Source: Candidatus Moraniibacteriota bacterium (lineage in GTDB: Bacteria; Patescibacteriota; Minisyncoccia; Moranbacterales; DUUL01). From it: a DNA stretch of 64,000 nt. A program made the position numbers and the translations under genes. Positions 32,113 to 42,843 of the stretch are shown piece by piece. The DNA lies in assembly GCA_041583775.1 (NCBI GenBank), contig JBFHFF010000001.1, forward strand, positions 27,528 to 91,527. The letters run 5' to 3'. Position 1 is the first letter of the stretch. Each line of letters opens with the position of its first letter. The notes beneath the pieces were generated by a model, which saw only the letters and a list, made by a program, of their open reading frames with translations, ran no database searches and had not been told where the DNA came from.

Positions 32113-32298
32113 TCGGATAGGTTTTAGGGAGCCGTGATTGGCTCATTTTTTCCTCCTCTGACATCTTTTCTGCTTGAAGCTCTTTCACAGGTCCATAGCT
32201 CCTCCTTTAATCTCTTTTAGAGTTTTACCTAGCCAAATTAAAATTCATCAAAAAAATACAAATATTAATTTAGATAGACAATAAAACTATTTTAAATC

Positions 32299-33057
32299 TT
32301 ATCTTTTATCCCAAATAATTCTAAAAATATTTTTAAACATTTCTGCCAATGTTTTATTTTCAATTACTACACCACCCAACTTTCCTAAATAATCTATCAT
32401 AAATATCCTATTTCCATATATATTCATGCCTCCTCTAAAGGGATATTTCTCAAAAGGAACGAATAAATGTTCTTGCATCCTTCTTTTTCCAGCAATCTCA
32501 TAGTCAATTTTCCTTCCCTCTCTAGATGTATAAATAACTTTAGCATTAATCTTCTTTGCCATCCTTCGCTCCCTAACACCCTTCCATTTACTTTGCAAAG
32601 CTGAGTTCCTGAATTCATCATACGGGAGAAATGTATATACTTCTTCACCTTCCTCTAGATTGTTTACATAGTTATCATAAACAGCCTTCAGTCCTTCCGT
32701 TCCTTCAAAATATCTAATCTTAGGTTTATCACTAAAATCATTATATAGCAAATTCAATTCAGGAACAATTTTCTTTAATTTCTCAATTTTCTTATGAATT
32801 TCTTCCTCTTTTTGAGAAAAATGTTCAATTAATTGATATGGCTTTTCTGCTACATAAAATGTTTTTTTTCCTTCATCATAAGTTGACATCAATCCCATTT
32901 CCATCAAACTTTCGATGATTACATAGGTTGTTGCTCTATTTACCTTTGATTTCTGAGAAATTTTTTGTACAGATGATGGACCAGTTTGTATAGCAGCCAA
33001 ATAAACGCTTGCTTCTTTTTCAGAAAGACCTAATTTTTCTAATTCCTTATTCAACAT
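32299..33057 (-). CDS. TrmB-family HTH transcriptional regulator (CPR-type)
   Basis: LGLSEKEASVYLA..VNRATTY..L, KPKIRYFEGTEG. Confidence 0.88.
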   Translation of the reverse strand: MLNKELEKLGLSEKEASVYLAAIQTGPSSVQKISQKSKVNRATTYVIIESLMEMGLMSTYDEGKKTFYVAEKPYQLIEHFSQKEEEIHKKIEKLKKIVPELNLLYNDFSDKPKIRYFEGTEGLKAVYDNYVNNLEEGEEVYTFLPYDEFRNSALQSKWKGVRERRMAKKINAKVIYTSREGRKIDYEIAGKRRMQEHLFVPFEKYPFRGGMNIYGNRIFMIDYLGKLGGVVIENKTLAEMFKNIFRIIWDKR

Positions 33058-33168
33058 AAAACCAAATTATCTCTTTAGAATCTTATCTTTCAATAAAAAC
33101 AGCCGTTTCATCTTGTATAGCATACCTTTTACATTTTGTCCAGCCCTAATAAGTATTTAAGGGTGTTT

Positions 33169-35031
33169 CTATTTTTTATCTTTCAATGCGCTTGTTATCA
33201 TATCTCTTAAACCTCTTGTATCAATTTGTTTCTTTTCTGGTTCTTCTCCACCCACATTATTTAATGTTTTTTCTTCTTTTACTAATTGTTCAAAGGCTTT
33301 AGCAAAAGGTTTTTCGGTTCTTGAAGATTGATTCTTTTTTTCAACTTCTTCCCCTCTTTGAACCTCTGTCTTTTCCAAAACTGGTTTTACTGGCAAAGAA
33401 ACATCTTTACCATCTTTTGATTGCAACTGTAATTTAGATTGTTCTCTGCGATAATTTTTCAAACAATCCTTACAAAATATAGGCCTCTTGCCATCAGGCT
33501 TAAAAGGAATCTTAGTATCAACACCACATCCCCAACATTTTGTTGAAAACATCTCCCTATCATCATTCGCTGTCTCCGAGACATTCTCATCACTTTTTAT
33601 CTCAGACCTAATTTCTTTTTTATGAATATTTGCAGCGCTGTTCATTCCTTGACTTGTATTTGATGAATTTTTTTGTTCTCTTTGCGAATTCATTTCTTTT
33701 CCTTGGGCCAAGGCAGAAATTCTACTCTTAACTTCTGGCTTCACCATACCACTCCATTTCATAATCTTATCTTCAACAACATCTCTTTCCGAAGAATACC
33801 TCTCCCTGGAAGCTTGAATGATTTTATCTAAATTTTTTGAAGTCACTTCCATTTCAATCGGCTCTAAAGAGGCAGCAGAGAAAGGATCTGTTGCAACTCC
33901 ATTAATCATCAACTTTAAATACATGGTGTATTTATTCAAATTAACTAAATCATTAGCCATAAAAATTGGCTCAAATTCCTTCTCCAAAGTCTCAGAATCC
34001 ATTGCACCAATTCTAAATGAAGCAATTGTTCCAACATTTCCGAATACAGCATCTCTAACAGTTTCCTCTAATTGTGCAATATATTGATGTGCTAAAATAA
34101 GATTTAAACGATATTTTCGAGCTTCCGATAGAATGCCCGCAAAAGATTCTGTCGCAAAGTTTTGAAACTCATCCACATAGAGATAGAAATCCTTTCTTTC
34201 ACTCTCTGGAATGTCCACTCTAGACATAGCCGCAAGTTGAATTTTTGTGATCATCATAGCCCCTAAAAGTGCACTGTTATCCTCTCCAATTCTACCCTTT
34301 GAAAGATTCATAATTAAAATTTTCTCACTATCCATCGCCTCTCGAACATCAAAAGCTGATTTTGTTTGACCAACTATATTTCGGATAAGTGTTGTTGAAA
34401 GAAATTGCCCTACCTTATTTTGGATCGGAGAAATTGCTTCAGTTAACATTCTGTCATTATATTTTGAAAATTCATCCTCCCAAAAAGCCCTAACCAAAGG
34501 ATCAGTTACATGCTCCATAACTCTTGCTCGATACTCTTTGTCAATTAAAATCCTTGTTACACCCAAAAGTGTTGAGTCTGGATCCTCTAAAAGCGCCAAA
34601 ATTGCATTTCTTAAGATATATTCCAATCTTGGACCCCAAGAATCAGCCCAAATTTTCTTAAAAACACCAACAAGCCCAGATGCAATTAAGTGTCTAAATT
34701 CCTGATCTTGACATTCAAGTACATTCAGAGCAACTGGATGTTTTAAATCCGAAGGATTAAAATAAATCACATCATTGATTCGATGAGCTGGAACTGCCTT
34801 CAAACACTCTTCAGCAAACTCACCATGAGGATCAATAACAGCCATACCCTTACCATTTCTAATATCCTGAATGGCCATGTTTTGTATCATGGTTGTTTTT
34901 CCCATTCCTGTTTTACCAATAACATACATATGCCTTCGCCTGTCATCAGTCTTGATTCCAAAAGCACTTTGTTTATTTCTGTAATTAGTCTTTGCGAAAA
35001 AGTTTATTTCTTGGTTTTCAAATTTATTCAT
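33169..35031 (-). CDS. VirD4/TraG/HerA-like ATPase with C-terminal CxxC-x17-CxxC domain
   Basis: GKTGMGKT, IDPHGE, LYVDEFQNF, EARKY, LAHQ; CWGC...PIFCKDC. Confidence 0.9.
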   Translation of the reverse strand: MNKFENQEINFFAKTNYRNKQSAFGIKTDDRRRHMYVIGKTGMGKTTMIQNMAIQDIRNGKGMAVIDPHGEFAEECLKAVPAHRINDVIYFNPSDLKHPVALNVLECQDQEFRHLIASGLVGVFKKIWADSWGPRLEYILRNAILALLEDPDSTLLGVTRILIDKEYRARVMEHVTDPLVRAFWEDEFSKYNDRMLTEAISPIQNKVGQFLSTTLIRNIVGQTKSAFDVREAMDSEKILIMNLSKGRIGEDNSALLGAMMITKIQLAAMSRVDIPESERKDFYLYVDEFQNFATESFAGILSEARKYRLNLILAHQYIAQLEETVRDAVFGNVGTIASFRIGAMDSETLEKEFEPIFMANDLVNLNKYTMYLKLMINGVATDPFSAASLEPIEMEVTSKNLDKIIQASRERYSSERDVVEDKIMKWSGMVKPEVKSRISALAQGKEMNSQREQKNSSNTSQGMNSAANIHKKEIRSEIKSDENVSETANDDREMFSTKCWGCGVDTKIPFKPDGKRPIFCKDCLKNYRREQSKLQLQSKDGKDVSLPVKPVLEKTEVQRGEEVEKKNQSSRTEKPFAKAFEQLVKEEKTLNNVGGEEPEKKQIDTRGLRDMITSALKDKK

Positions 35032-35101
35032 CTTGTTTTTTGCTTGATTTTCTTGACTTTTCTAAAAAAATACATTGTGCAATTATAATACATTCATCTT
35101 G

Positions 35102-36502
35102 TTATTGCAATGATTCTTCAAATTCTATCGGGAGATTAGCTGGGGCACTACCCTTCTTGGCATGAATCCTTGAAACATTAGGAGATTGAACGGAAATGTC
35201 AGGGAAATGAAATACTGTTGCCAGCTCTTCAATATTAAAAACAAAGCCACCATGCGAAAAACTTCTATCTCTAAAATTCTGAACAATCCTTCTTTGTCTA
35301 AAAGTTAACCTAGATCCTATGAAATGATACAGTGCAAAAGTCTTAGATCTTGGATCTGGCATAAATGAATTAAGATTTGTGTCTCCAAATTGTTTTATAG
35401 CGCCCATAACACCAGCAACTCCAAGTGCCTTATTAAAATTCTCCCTTCTTCCAATATACACAAAGCGCAATGTTGTTTTAAAGGCAATTTTTGCGATGTT
35501 CTCATAAACAGCTTTCACTTTTTCCTGCTCATCTGGAGACAACCTATTGATATTAAAATCCTCTTTTACAATTTCTTCTGCTGAACTCCCCTCTGGTGAC
35601 ACTAATTCGGCCTCAGAAACAAACATTCCGCGAAGAACATTTCCGGGTAAAACAAAAAGTTCTCCAAGATACCCAAAAATACTCTTTTTGGGCTTCGCAC
35701 CATCGCCTTTTCCAATCATCTTGTTTATATATTCAACACTTTGAGGATGCCACTGACTCTCTGAAATTGGAGTAAATACTAATTGCAACCAAACATTTTG
35801 ATTTTTCCCAAGAGCACTCATAACTTCAGTAAGAGATGATAATGGATCAATCATAAGTCCCGATATCTCTTCTTTAAACTGTTTGTGTGTTCTAATGGGC
35901 AGTTGATCCTCCTTGACCAACTGTAATGTTGTGCCCCAAACATCCCATTCTGCATTAGGAAGATTTTTTGGGGTGTGTGTCCAAACATAATCATCCACTT
36001 CAAAGACCTCTGTATCAGGATATTGAGCATATATCTGTGCCTCAACATTATTCCTAGCCATAGCAGGACATCTTATGTAAAAATGAACACTTCCAGAGTG
36101 AGAGGCAATTTCGAAAGAAAATTTATCTTGATTAGTTCTCCAACCACAATATTTCTCAAATTTATTAATTCCTGAATATGTATGTAGCCCATGAAATACC
36201 TGTTCCATTATTTTTGGACCTTTTTCAGTATCAGCGGGTGGGATAATTTCCAAAACAATATTTTTAGTCCCCATGGCCCACATTAAATCAATATACTCCT
36301 CCCAAACTAAAAGAAAGAGTTTCCAAATTGGTACTGGCAAGACAACCCACCAAATATTTTTAAACAGATCTTTCAGGATTATAAAAAAAACAATATCACC
36401 ATTAGCAATCATCATCACAATCACCAAAAACAAAAGCAGAATAACTATGCCGCCTAGAATTATTGTTGATCTATTTTTCGAATTTATATTTTTAAATAGC
36501 AT
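35102..36502 (-). CDS. Conserved membrane-anchored partner of the VirD4-like ATPase
   Basis: N-terminal TMs, FSFEIA, AQIYAQYPD, DPLSSL, EELATVFHFP, APANLP. Confidence 0.75.
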   Translation of the reverse strand: MLFKNINSKNRSTIILGGIVILLLFLVIVMMIANGDIVFFIILKDLFKNIWWVVLPVPIWKLFLLVWEEYIDLMWAMGTKNIVLEIIPPADTEKGPKIMEQVFHGLHTYSGINKFEKYCGWRTNQDKFSFEIASHSGSVHFYIRCPAMARNNVEAQIYAQYPDTEVFEVDDYVWTHTPKNLPNAEWDVWGTTLQLVKEDQLPIRTHKQFKEEISGLMIDPLSSLTEVMSALGKNQNVWLQLVFTPISESQWHPQSVEYINKMIGKGDGAKPKKSIFGYLGELFVLPGNVLRGMFVSEAELVSPEGSSAEEIVKEDFNINRLSPDEQEKVKAVYENIAKIAFKTTLRFVYIGRRENFNKALGVAGVMGAIKQFGDTNLNSFMPDPRSKTFALYHFIGSRLTFRQRRIVQNFRDRSFSHGGFVFNIEELATVFHFPDISVQSPNVSRIHAKKGSAPANLPIEFEESLQ

Positions 36503-36552
36503 TTGTTTTTATTTCCAATGCATAAACTTCAAGAGACATTGCCTTTCTAACC

Positions 36553-37632
36553 TTAAACGATTTGTTTCTTTAAAGTAAATTTTCCATCATTAGTTTTATG
36601 AAAAATATTTCTATCAGCCAAAGTAACTTTAACAGTAGTTTCTTTGACTTGTTTTTTTGAAAGCACATACTCTATTATCAATTCTCTGTCTAATGGTTTT
36701 TCTTGTTTATTCAGAAAAGAAAAGATTACTTCTTTAACAGTTCCTTCTGGAAATCCCCAGTTATTCAAACCATAGATACCTCTCCCTACCAAAACAAATC
36801 TATCATCCTTAATCAATTCATTATGAACTGTTTGTGGAAGAGCCTCTTTTTTATTTACCCAATAAGTATTTATGTGCTTTGTTATTTTTCTAAAATGCAA
36901 TGGTGTGTCGTGTTTTTTAAGAACCAAGAAAGCCTTCTCTCTTGCGCCTCGCTCAGAAATTATTTTCCAATTTTTCATCCCCCACTCTTCAAGAATATTT
37001 TTATTTACAAACCTGCTCATCTCTAAAATCATCCTCAATCGCTTAGAACCAGTTTCTCCTGCAAAAAAATCTGCATATTCTGAATTTCTAAATTCCAAAA
37101 GTATATCCTGAAAAAGACTTGGGACCTTGTTTGCCTTAATGAACCTAACAACTGCATTGTGAGCCTTTAAAACTTCCCTATCTATCTTGTCACCCCTCAG
37201 AAACCAGAAACCTCTCATGCTCAGCTTTCCCTTCTTAAAACTCAATTTTTTTGAACTATTTAAAATAAACATAACCTGATTTCGCTCTTTTTTAGTTATA
37301 TTCTCTTTTAAAGTTTCTTTTAATTTTCTTTTTTCACAAAAACCACCATTCTCTTCGATTGTTTTAATAGCAATACCTACCAAAACATTAAAATCATCAT
37401 CTTTTTTAACAGCTTGGAGCTTTTTAAAACTATCGCCTTCAATCTGCCTCACTCTTTCTCTGGTAATTTTAAATTCATCACCAATTTTACCTAAAACTTT
37501 TGGATCTTTTCCATCCAATCCAAATCTTTTAATAATAATCTCACGAGGTCTTTCTTTTAAATTGTCTAAAAGTTTTTTCGTAATCTTATTCAGTGCGAGA
37601 CTTGACATCACCTCTTTGCCCATACAACCCAA
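36553..37632 (-). CDS. Sigma-70 region 4 + HARE-HTH (RNAP delta-like) domain protein
   Basis: RFGL..LGKIG..ITRERVRQIE; PLHFRKI..QTVHNELIKDDRFVLVGRGIYGL; start uncertain. Confidence 0.85.
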   Translation of the reverse strand: MGCMGKEVMSSLALNKITKKLLDNLKERPREIIIKRFGLDGKDPKVLGKIGDEFKITRERVRQIEGDSFKKLQAVKKDDDFNVLVGIAIKTIEENGGFCEKRKLKETLKENITKKERNQVMFILNSSKKLSFKKGKLSMRGFWFLRGDKIDREVLKAHNAVVRFIKANKVPSLFQDILLEFRNSEYADFFAGETGSKRLRMILEMSRFVNKNILEEWGMKNWKIISERGAREKAFLVLKKHDTPLHFRKITKHINTYWVNKKEALPQTVHNELIKDDRFVLVGRGIYGLNNWGFPEGTVKEVIFSFLNKQEKPLDRELIIEYVLSKKQVKETTVKVTLADRNIFHKTNDGKFTLKKQIV

Positions 37633-37758
37633 AATTAGTAATTATCTTTTAAATAAAGCATTTTTTTGCACAAAATAATATGCCATTCAATACTTTGGCG
37701 TATAATAACACAATAACCAAAAATTGTCAAATGTTTAATTCTACCACTATCCAGCTAC

Positions 37759-38199
37759 CTAAACCCCCATAATCTGCACATAAAAATCTCTCGTTCTAGC
37801 TCCATCCAGTTCTACAAAAAAAACACTCTGTTGTTCTCCGAGTAACATCCTTCCTTTCTCTATCGGAATTGATTCACTAGAGCCTAAAAGCATCACTTTA
37901 CAATGACTATGTCCATTACTCCTACCATCGGATGTTCTTTTATTTGTAAGTTCAAACATGTCATGCGCATATCTTTCGTCAACCGGAACCAATCTATATA
38001 ATATACGAACCAAATCTTGTTTCAACATCTCTTCATTGTGATTTATCATCACAGAAGCTGTTGTGTGCGGAGAGAAAACATTAACAACGCCATCCTTAAT
38101 CCCAGAAAGTTCTATAAATTCCTCGATTTGTTCTGTTACATCTAAAAAATCAACCTGTTTTTCGGTTGAAAATTCAATTCTCTTGATTCTTATTTTCAT
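37759..38199 (-). CDS. yjbQ: YjbQ/UPF0047 family protein
   Basis: PHTTAS..N, Y.HD, NGHSH, ELDG.R. Confidence 0.92.
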   Translation of the reverse strand: MKIRIKRIEFSTEKQVDFLDVTEQIEEFIELSGIKDGVVNVFSPHTTASVMINHNEEMLKQDLVRILYRLVPVDERYAHDMFELTNKRTSDGRSNGHSHCKVMLLGSSESIPIEKGRMLLGEQQSVFFVELDGARTRDFYVQIMGV

Positions 38200-38350
38200 T
38201 TTATTTTTGCTGTAAAGTTTATCTTTTAATTTTATTATACTGCAATTACATAGATATGTAAAACATTAAAAAACAATGCAAAAAAACCAGCAACTTAACA
38301 AAAAATTCATTTTCCAATAGAAATAAACTCTCGATTCACAACTACAAAAC

Positions 38351-38381
38351 AAACAAAACCGCCCAAAAGGCGGTTTTGTTT
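38351..38381. terminator. Intrinsic terminator after hup
   Basis: aaacaaaaccgcc-caaaa-ggcggttttgttt. Confidence 0.9.
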
Positions 38382-38399
38382 TAAAGTGGATAAAGAAGA

Positions 38400-38675
38400 T
38401 TACCCCCTAACTGAATCTTTAAGACCTTTTCCAGCCTTAAACTTTGGTACCTTAACTGCAGGAATTTGAATTTTTTCTCTTGTTGCAGGATTAATTCCTT
38501 CTCTTGCTGCTCTGTGAGAAACTGAGAAAGTTCCGAATCCCGTGAAAGCTACTACGTCTTCTTTTTGAAGTGAGTCCTTAATTACATCCAAAACTGCTTC
38601 GATTACCATTTCTGTATCTTTTTTGCTTTGTCCAGTTTTTGCTGCGACTGCATCTACTACTGCGCTTTTGTTCAT
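38400..38675 (-). CDS. hup: DNA-binding protein HU
   Basis: MNKS, GFGTF, RAAREGINPAT, PKFKAGKGLKD. Confidence 0.97.
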   Translation of the reverse strand: MNKSAVVDAVAAKTGQSKKDTEMVIEAVLDVIKDSLQKEDVVAFTGFGTFSVSHRAAREGINPATREKIQIPAVKVPKFKAGKGLKDSVRG

Positions 38676-38799
38676 AGTATCACCTCCGTTCTAGTTATTA
38701 ATTATTTTTATTTAAATTTAACATTTTTTTGTTATCTTTAGACATTCTACATCATTTCCCCTAGTTTAGGCAATAGTAAGAAAAAAATCAAATATTTTT

Positions 38800-40317
38800 T
38801 TATCTAGCATATTCAACCGACCTTGTCTCTCTTAGAACATTAACCTTAATTTCTCCAGGATAATTTAAATCTTCTTCTATTTTTTGTGCTATTTTTTTGG
38901 CCAGTTTAAGCGAATCTAGATCTCCAATTTTATCAGGATTTACAAAAACACGAATTTCTCTTCCTGCTTGAATAGCGTAACATTTATCAACCTCTCCAAA
39001 AGACAACACTACCTCTTCTAATTCTCTTAATCTCTTTAGATAATTTTCCAGAGTATCTTTTCTCGCTCCTGGTCGTGATGCACTTAAGGCGTCTGCTGCT
39101 GCAATAATGAATCCATAGTTATCTCTAAATGGATAATCTTCATGGTGTGACTTAACTGCATCAATAATCTTTTTTGGCTGATTGAATTTCTCTAAAATAC
39201 TAACACCAATCTCCACATGTGTCCCTTGTACCTCATGGTCAACTGACTTTCCAATATCATGAAGCAATCCAGCTTTTTTTGCAATTGCTGAGTCTAATCC
39301 CAGCTCTGAAGCCAACATCCCTGATATATGAGCAACTTCCAAAGAATGCAATAAAACATTTTGCCCATAACTAGTTCTATATTTTAAACGCCCCAATAAT
39401 TGAGATAGTTTATTATCAAGACCTGGAATTCCAACATCATAAACGGCTGCTTCACCAGCTTCCTTAATTCTCCTATTAAGCTCTTCCCGAGCTTTTTCAA
39501 CAGATTCTTCTATTTTTGATGGATGAATTCTTCCATCTTCAATAAGCCTCTCAAGTGCAATTTTAGCAGTTTCTCTACGAATTGGATCAAAACCAGAAAT
39601 CACAATAGCCTCTGGTGTATCATCCACAATCACTTCCGCGCCTGTCAACCGCTCAAGAGCCTTGATATTACGACCTTCTCTACCAATAATCCTTCCTTTC
39701 ATTTCATCAGAAGGAATTGACACTGTTGTTGTTGTTGTGTCTGTGGCATGTGAACCCGCATAACGCTGCATTGCGGTCGCCATCATATTCTTTGCTTCCT
39801 TTTCCACCTCTTCTTTCTTGTCTCTTTCTAGAGAACTGATTTTTTTAAGAATTTCATCTTTACTGTCTTTTTCTGCAATTGAAATTAACACTTTTTTTGC
39901 ATCTTCCTTTTTCATTTCTGCAATCTTTTCAAGACGCTCAACTTGTTGCTCTTTAACACGCAAAACTTCTTCTCTAACTTTTCTAATGTCATTTGCTTTG
40001 TTTTGCAAAACATTTCTTTCTTTCTCAAGTTGAGAAATTCTGTTGTCAATTTTTTGTTCCTTAGCCTCCAAACGATTTTCCGCATTCTGTAAATTCTCCC
40101 TTCTTTCTTTTTCTTCTTTTTTAACTTCCTCCAAAACTTCAACAGCTTTATTTTTCGCATCAACTAACTGTTGCTTAACTTTAATTTCAGCATCCTCAAG
40201 AATTCTAGTAGCTTTTGCTTCAGCTGTTCCAGCTTGATTTTTTGCAATCACTTTCCTCGCAAAATAACCACCAGAAGAACCCACCAAAAGGGCCACCAGA
40301 CCAATCACGATTTCCAT
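38800..40317 (-). CDS. rny: Ribonuclease Y
   Basis: N-terminal TM, coiled coil, KH KGRIIGREGRNI, HD LLHDIGK, AIQAGREIR. Confidence 0.98.
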   Translation of the reverse strand: MEIVIGLVALLVGSSGGYFARKVIAKNQAGTAEAKATRILEDAEIKVKQQLVDAKNKAVEVLEEVKKEEKERRENLQNAENRLEAKEQKIDNRISQLEKERNVLQNKANDIRKVREEVLRVKEQQVERLEKIAEMKKEDAKKVLISIAEKDSKDEILKKISSLERDKKEEVEKEAKNMMATAMQRYAGSHATDTTTTTVSIPSDEMKGRIIGREGRNIKALERLTGAEVIVDDTPEAIVISGFDPIRRETAKIALERLIEDGRIHPSKIEESVEKAREELNRRIKEAGEAAVYDVGIPGLDNKLSQLLGRLKYRTSYGQNVLLHSLEVAHISGMLASELGLDSAIAKKAGLLHDIGKSVDHEVQGTHVEIGVSILEKFNQPKKIIDAVKSHHEDYPFRDNYGFIIAAADALSASRPGARKDTLENYLKRLRELEEVVLSFGEVDKCYAIQAGREIRVFVNPDKIGDLDSLKLAKKIAQKIEEDLNYPGEIKVNVLRETRSVEYAR

Positions 40318-40603
40318 AATTTTTTACATGAATCGCTGCAAAACTAAAAATTACCGCTCATTTATTGAGCATTTTTTTATAAAAAGATTTTTAATAAGCG
40401 TAATATAACTTCTATTATTCATTTTTATCTTCCATAATTTCTCTAGATTGCAACTATTCCTCGTACTTTATCTAGTTAACTTTCAAATGAAAAAACTTAC
40501 TTTTTCATTACCTAATACTACCTTTTTTCACCAAAGAAGTCAAAGTATAAGCAATTAACTTTGACTTTTGGCTCTAAAAAAGTTCTCCTAAAAAACAATT
40601 TCG

Positions 40604-41452
40604 CTACTTTCCCTTGAACATTTTTATTTTCTCTTGCACAACCAGTTGAACTTTATCTCTTGCCAAACCCAATAGTTTTCTAGGATCAGACACATCACAT
40701 CCAGAAACAGTTTCTTGACAAATCGTGGTCAAAAAAGCCACTCTTATATCCGTATCCACATTAAAACAACAAATTCCACCCTCAATTGCTTTCTTCACAT
40801 TTTCAGCTTGCCAATCAGAAGCTCCATGCATAATCAGTGGTGTATTGGGAATTAATCTACGGATTTCAGCCAAACGATCCCAATCAGGAATATCTCTCTC
40901 CTTAAAAAATCCATGGGCATTGCCAATACCAACTGCCAAAGCATCTATCTCAGTTTTCTCAACCAATTCCTTCGCTTGTATTGGATTTGTCATCACGGAA
41001 TCCCAATCAATTTCCTGATCCTCTCTTCCAAGATATGGAACAGCGCCAAGTTCGGCCTGAACAGTAACTCCATGTCTGTGAGCATAATCAACGACCTGCT
41101 TTGTTACTTTGATGTTATCTTCAAATGATTTTATTGACGCATCAATCATAACTGAATCGGCCCCAGCTTCAATTGCACTAACAACATCATCAAAATTTTT
41201 TCCATGATCTAAATGAAAACCAATTTTAGCACTTTCAGATTCACATTCAATAACACTTGAGACTAACTTTCCCATCACATTTGAATTTGCATACTTAAAG
41301 CCACTTGTTGTAACTTGAACAACACAAGGCCCTTCTTCTTTTGCTGCACGCACTATTGCTTGCGTTAATTCAAGATTTGAAGTGTTAAAAGCACCAACTG
41401 CATAATTTCCTCTCATGGCATCCCGAAGAATTTCAATCGTTTTACCTCTCAT
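40604..41452 (-). CDS. fba: Class II fructose-bisphosphate aldolase
   Basis: GAFN, HLDHG, SVMIDAS, GNAHG, MHGAS, NVDT. Confidence 0.95.
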   Translation of the reverse strand: MRGKTIEILRDAMRGNYAVGAFNTSNLELTQAIVRAAKEEGPCVVQVTTSGFKYANSNVMGKLVSSVIECESESAKIGFHLDHGKNFDDVVSAIEAGADSVMIDASIKSFEDNIKVTKQVVDYAHRHGVTVQAELGAVPYLGREDQEIDWDSVMTNPIQAKELVEKTEIDALAVGIGNAHGFFKERDIPDWDRLAEIRRLIPNTPLIMHGASDWQAENVKKAIEGGICCFNVDTDIRVAFLTTICQETVSGCDVSDPRKLLGLARDKVQLVVQEKIKMFKGK

Positions 41453-41463
41453 TTTTTCTTAAT

Positions 41464-42255
41464 TTAATTTTGATTATCTATAACTTTGGCAATTCTGACT
41501 AAATCATACGGCAATAGACTAGCACTACCAATTAATGCACCATCCATTCCCGAATTTACACACACTTCTTTTACATTATCACCCTTCACACTACCTCCGT
41601 ATAAAATTCTTATCTTATTCGCAACAGCTTCTCCGTACATTTTCATTACAAGTCTTTTGATTAACAATCTTGCTTCCATAATTTCGTTTGAATTTGGTAG
41701 GTGGTCTGGATTATTTGCGCTAATCGCCCAAACTGGCTCATAGCAAAGAATTAGGCTATCCATTTTTGCAGAAGAAATATCCATCAAACACTCTTTGAAT
41801 TGTTTTTTAATAACTTCCAATGTCTCATCATTTGCTTTTTCTTCAGCACTTTCACCCATACAAAGAATTGGTGTTAATCCAGACTTCAAAGCAGCTTTCA
41901 CTTTCAAATTAATCATATTATTGGTTTCTCCAAAATATTTTCGTCTTTCGGAATGACCCAAAATAACATATTTACCACCAACACTTTTTATCATTGCAGG
42001 GCTATCCTCACCAGTAAAAGCACCTTTTTGCTCCCAAAAACAATTTTGTGCGCCAAAACTAACATCTTCATGATCTATTTTGCCAGTAAATTGGCTAAGC
42101 AAAGCAATTGGAGGACACAAAACTATTTCTCCCCTCTTGAGATCTAAATTTTCAGTTGCTTTTTCAAAATTATCAATCCAACTATTAAATTCAAAGGTCA
42201 TATTTAGACTCATTTTAAAATTCGCAACTGTTATTTTTTTTCTATTACTTATCAT
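41464..42255 (-). CDS. tpiA: Triosephosphate isomerase
   Basis: ANFKM, GAFTGE, GHSERR, YEPVWAI, YGGSV. Confidence 0.96.
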   Translation of the reverse strand: MISNRKKITVANFKMSLNMTFEFNSWIDNFEKATENLDLKRGEIVLCPPIALLSQFTGKIDHEDVSFGAQNCFWEQKGAFTGEDSPAMIKSVGGKYVILGHSERRKYFGETNNMINLKVKAALKSGLTPILCMGESAEEKANDETLEVIKKQFKECLMDISSAKMDSLILCYEPVWAISANNPDHLPNSNEIMEARLLIKRLVMKMYGEAVANKIRILYGGSVKGDNVKEVCVNSGMDGALIGSASLLPYDLVRIAKVIDNQN

Positions 42256-42301
42256 CTCTTAATAATTCAAACATTTAAAAATAAACGATACACCCCATTT
42301 T

Positions 42302-42799
42302 TTACAATTTTATAACTCCCATTGTTAATAATAAAACAATAATCCCTGCGATCATTATTCCTAAAGAGATAATAAACACTGCTTTTGTTTTATTAATTCC
42401 AAATAAAAATGCTGCAAGTGCCCCAGTCCAACCACCGGTTACTGGTAAGGGAATCGCTACCAAAAAAAACAAACCCCAGTCACCATATTTTTCAATTTGC
42501 TTATGAACTTTTTTTCTTGTTCTAGCAAATAACCAATCGAAAAACTTTCTCCAAAATTCAAACCTTTCTATTAGAAAAGAAGTCACTTTTTCCAAAAACA
42601 TAACCAAAATAACCATTGGTATAATATTCCCAAAAACAGACCAAAAATAAGCTAAAGCCGGATTCATACCGAAAACAGTAATCGCAACAGGAATTGAACC
42701 CCTTAACTCAAAAACTGGGGTCATTGCTATTATCATTGTAGAAATCTCATCAGGAACTCCATTAAGCAATTCTACTACCTTTGTTACCTCTATCAACAT
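42302..42799 (-). CDS. Small multi-drug export family (COG2426) membrane protein
   Basis: PVFELRGSIP, VAIPLPVTGGWTG. Confidence 0.9.
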   Translation of the reverse strand: MLIEVTKVVELLNGVPDEISTMIIAMTPVFELRGSIPVAITVFGMNPALAYFWSVFGNIIPMVILVMFLEKVTSFLIERFEFWRKFFDWLFARTRKKVHKQIEKYGDWGLFFLVAIPLPVTGGWTGALAAFLFGINKTKAVFIISLGIMIAGIIVLLLTMGVIKL

Positions 42800-42843
42800 T
42801 TTTATTCAATTATTTTTATTTCCACAATTATTCTTCTCTTAAA

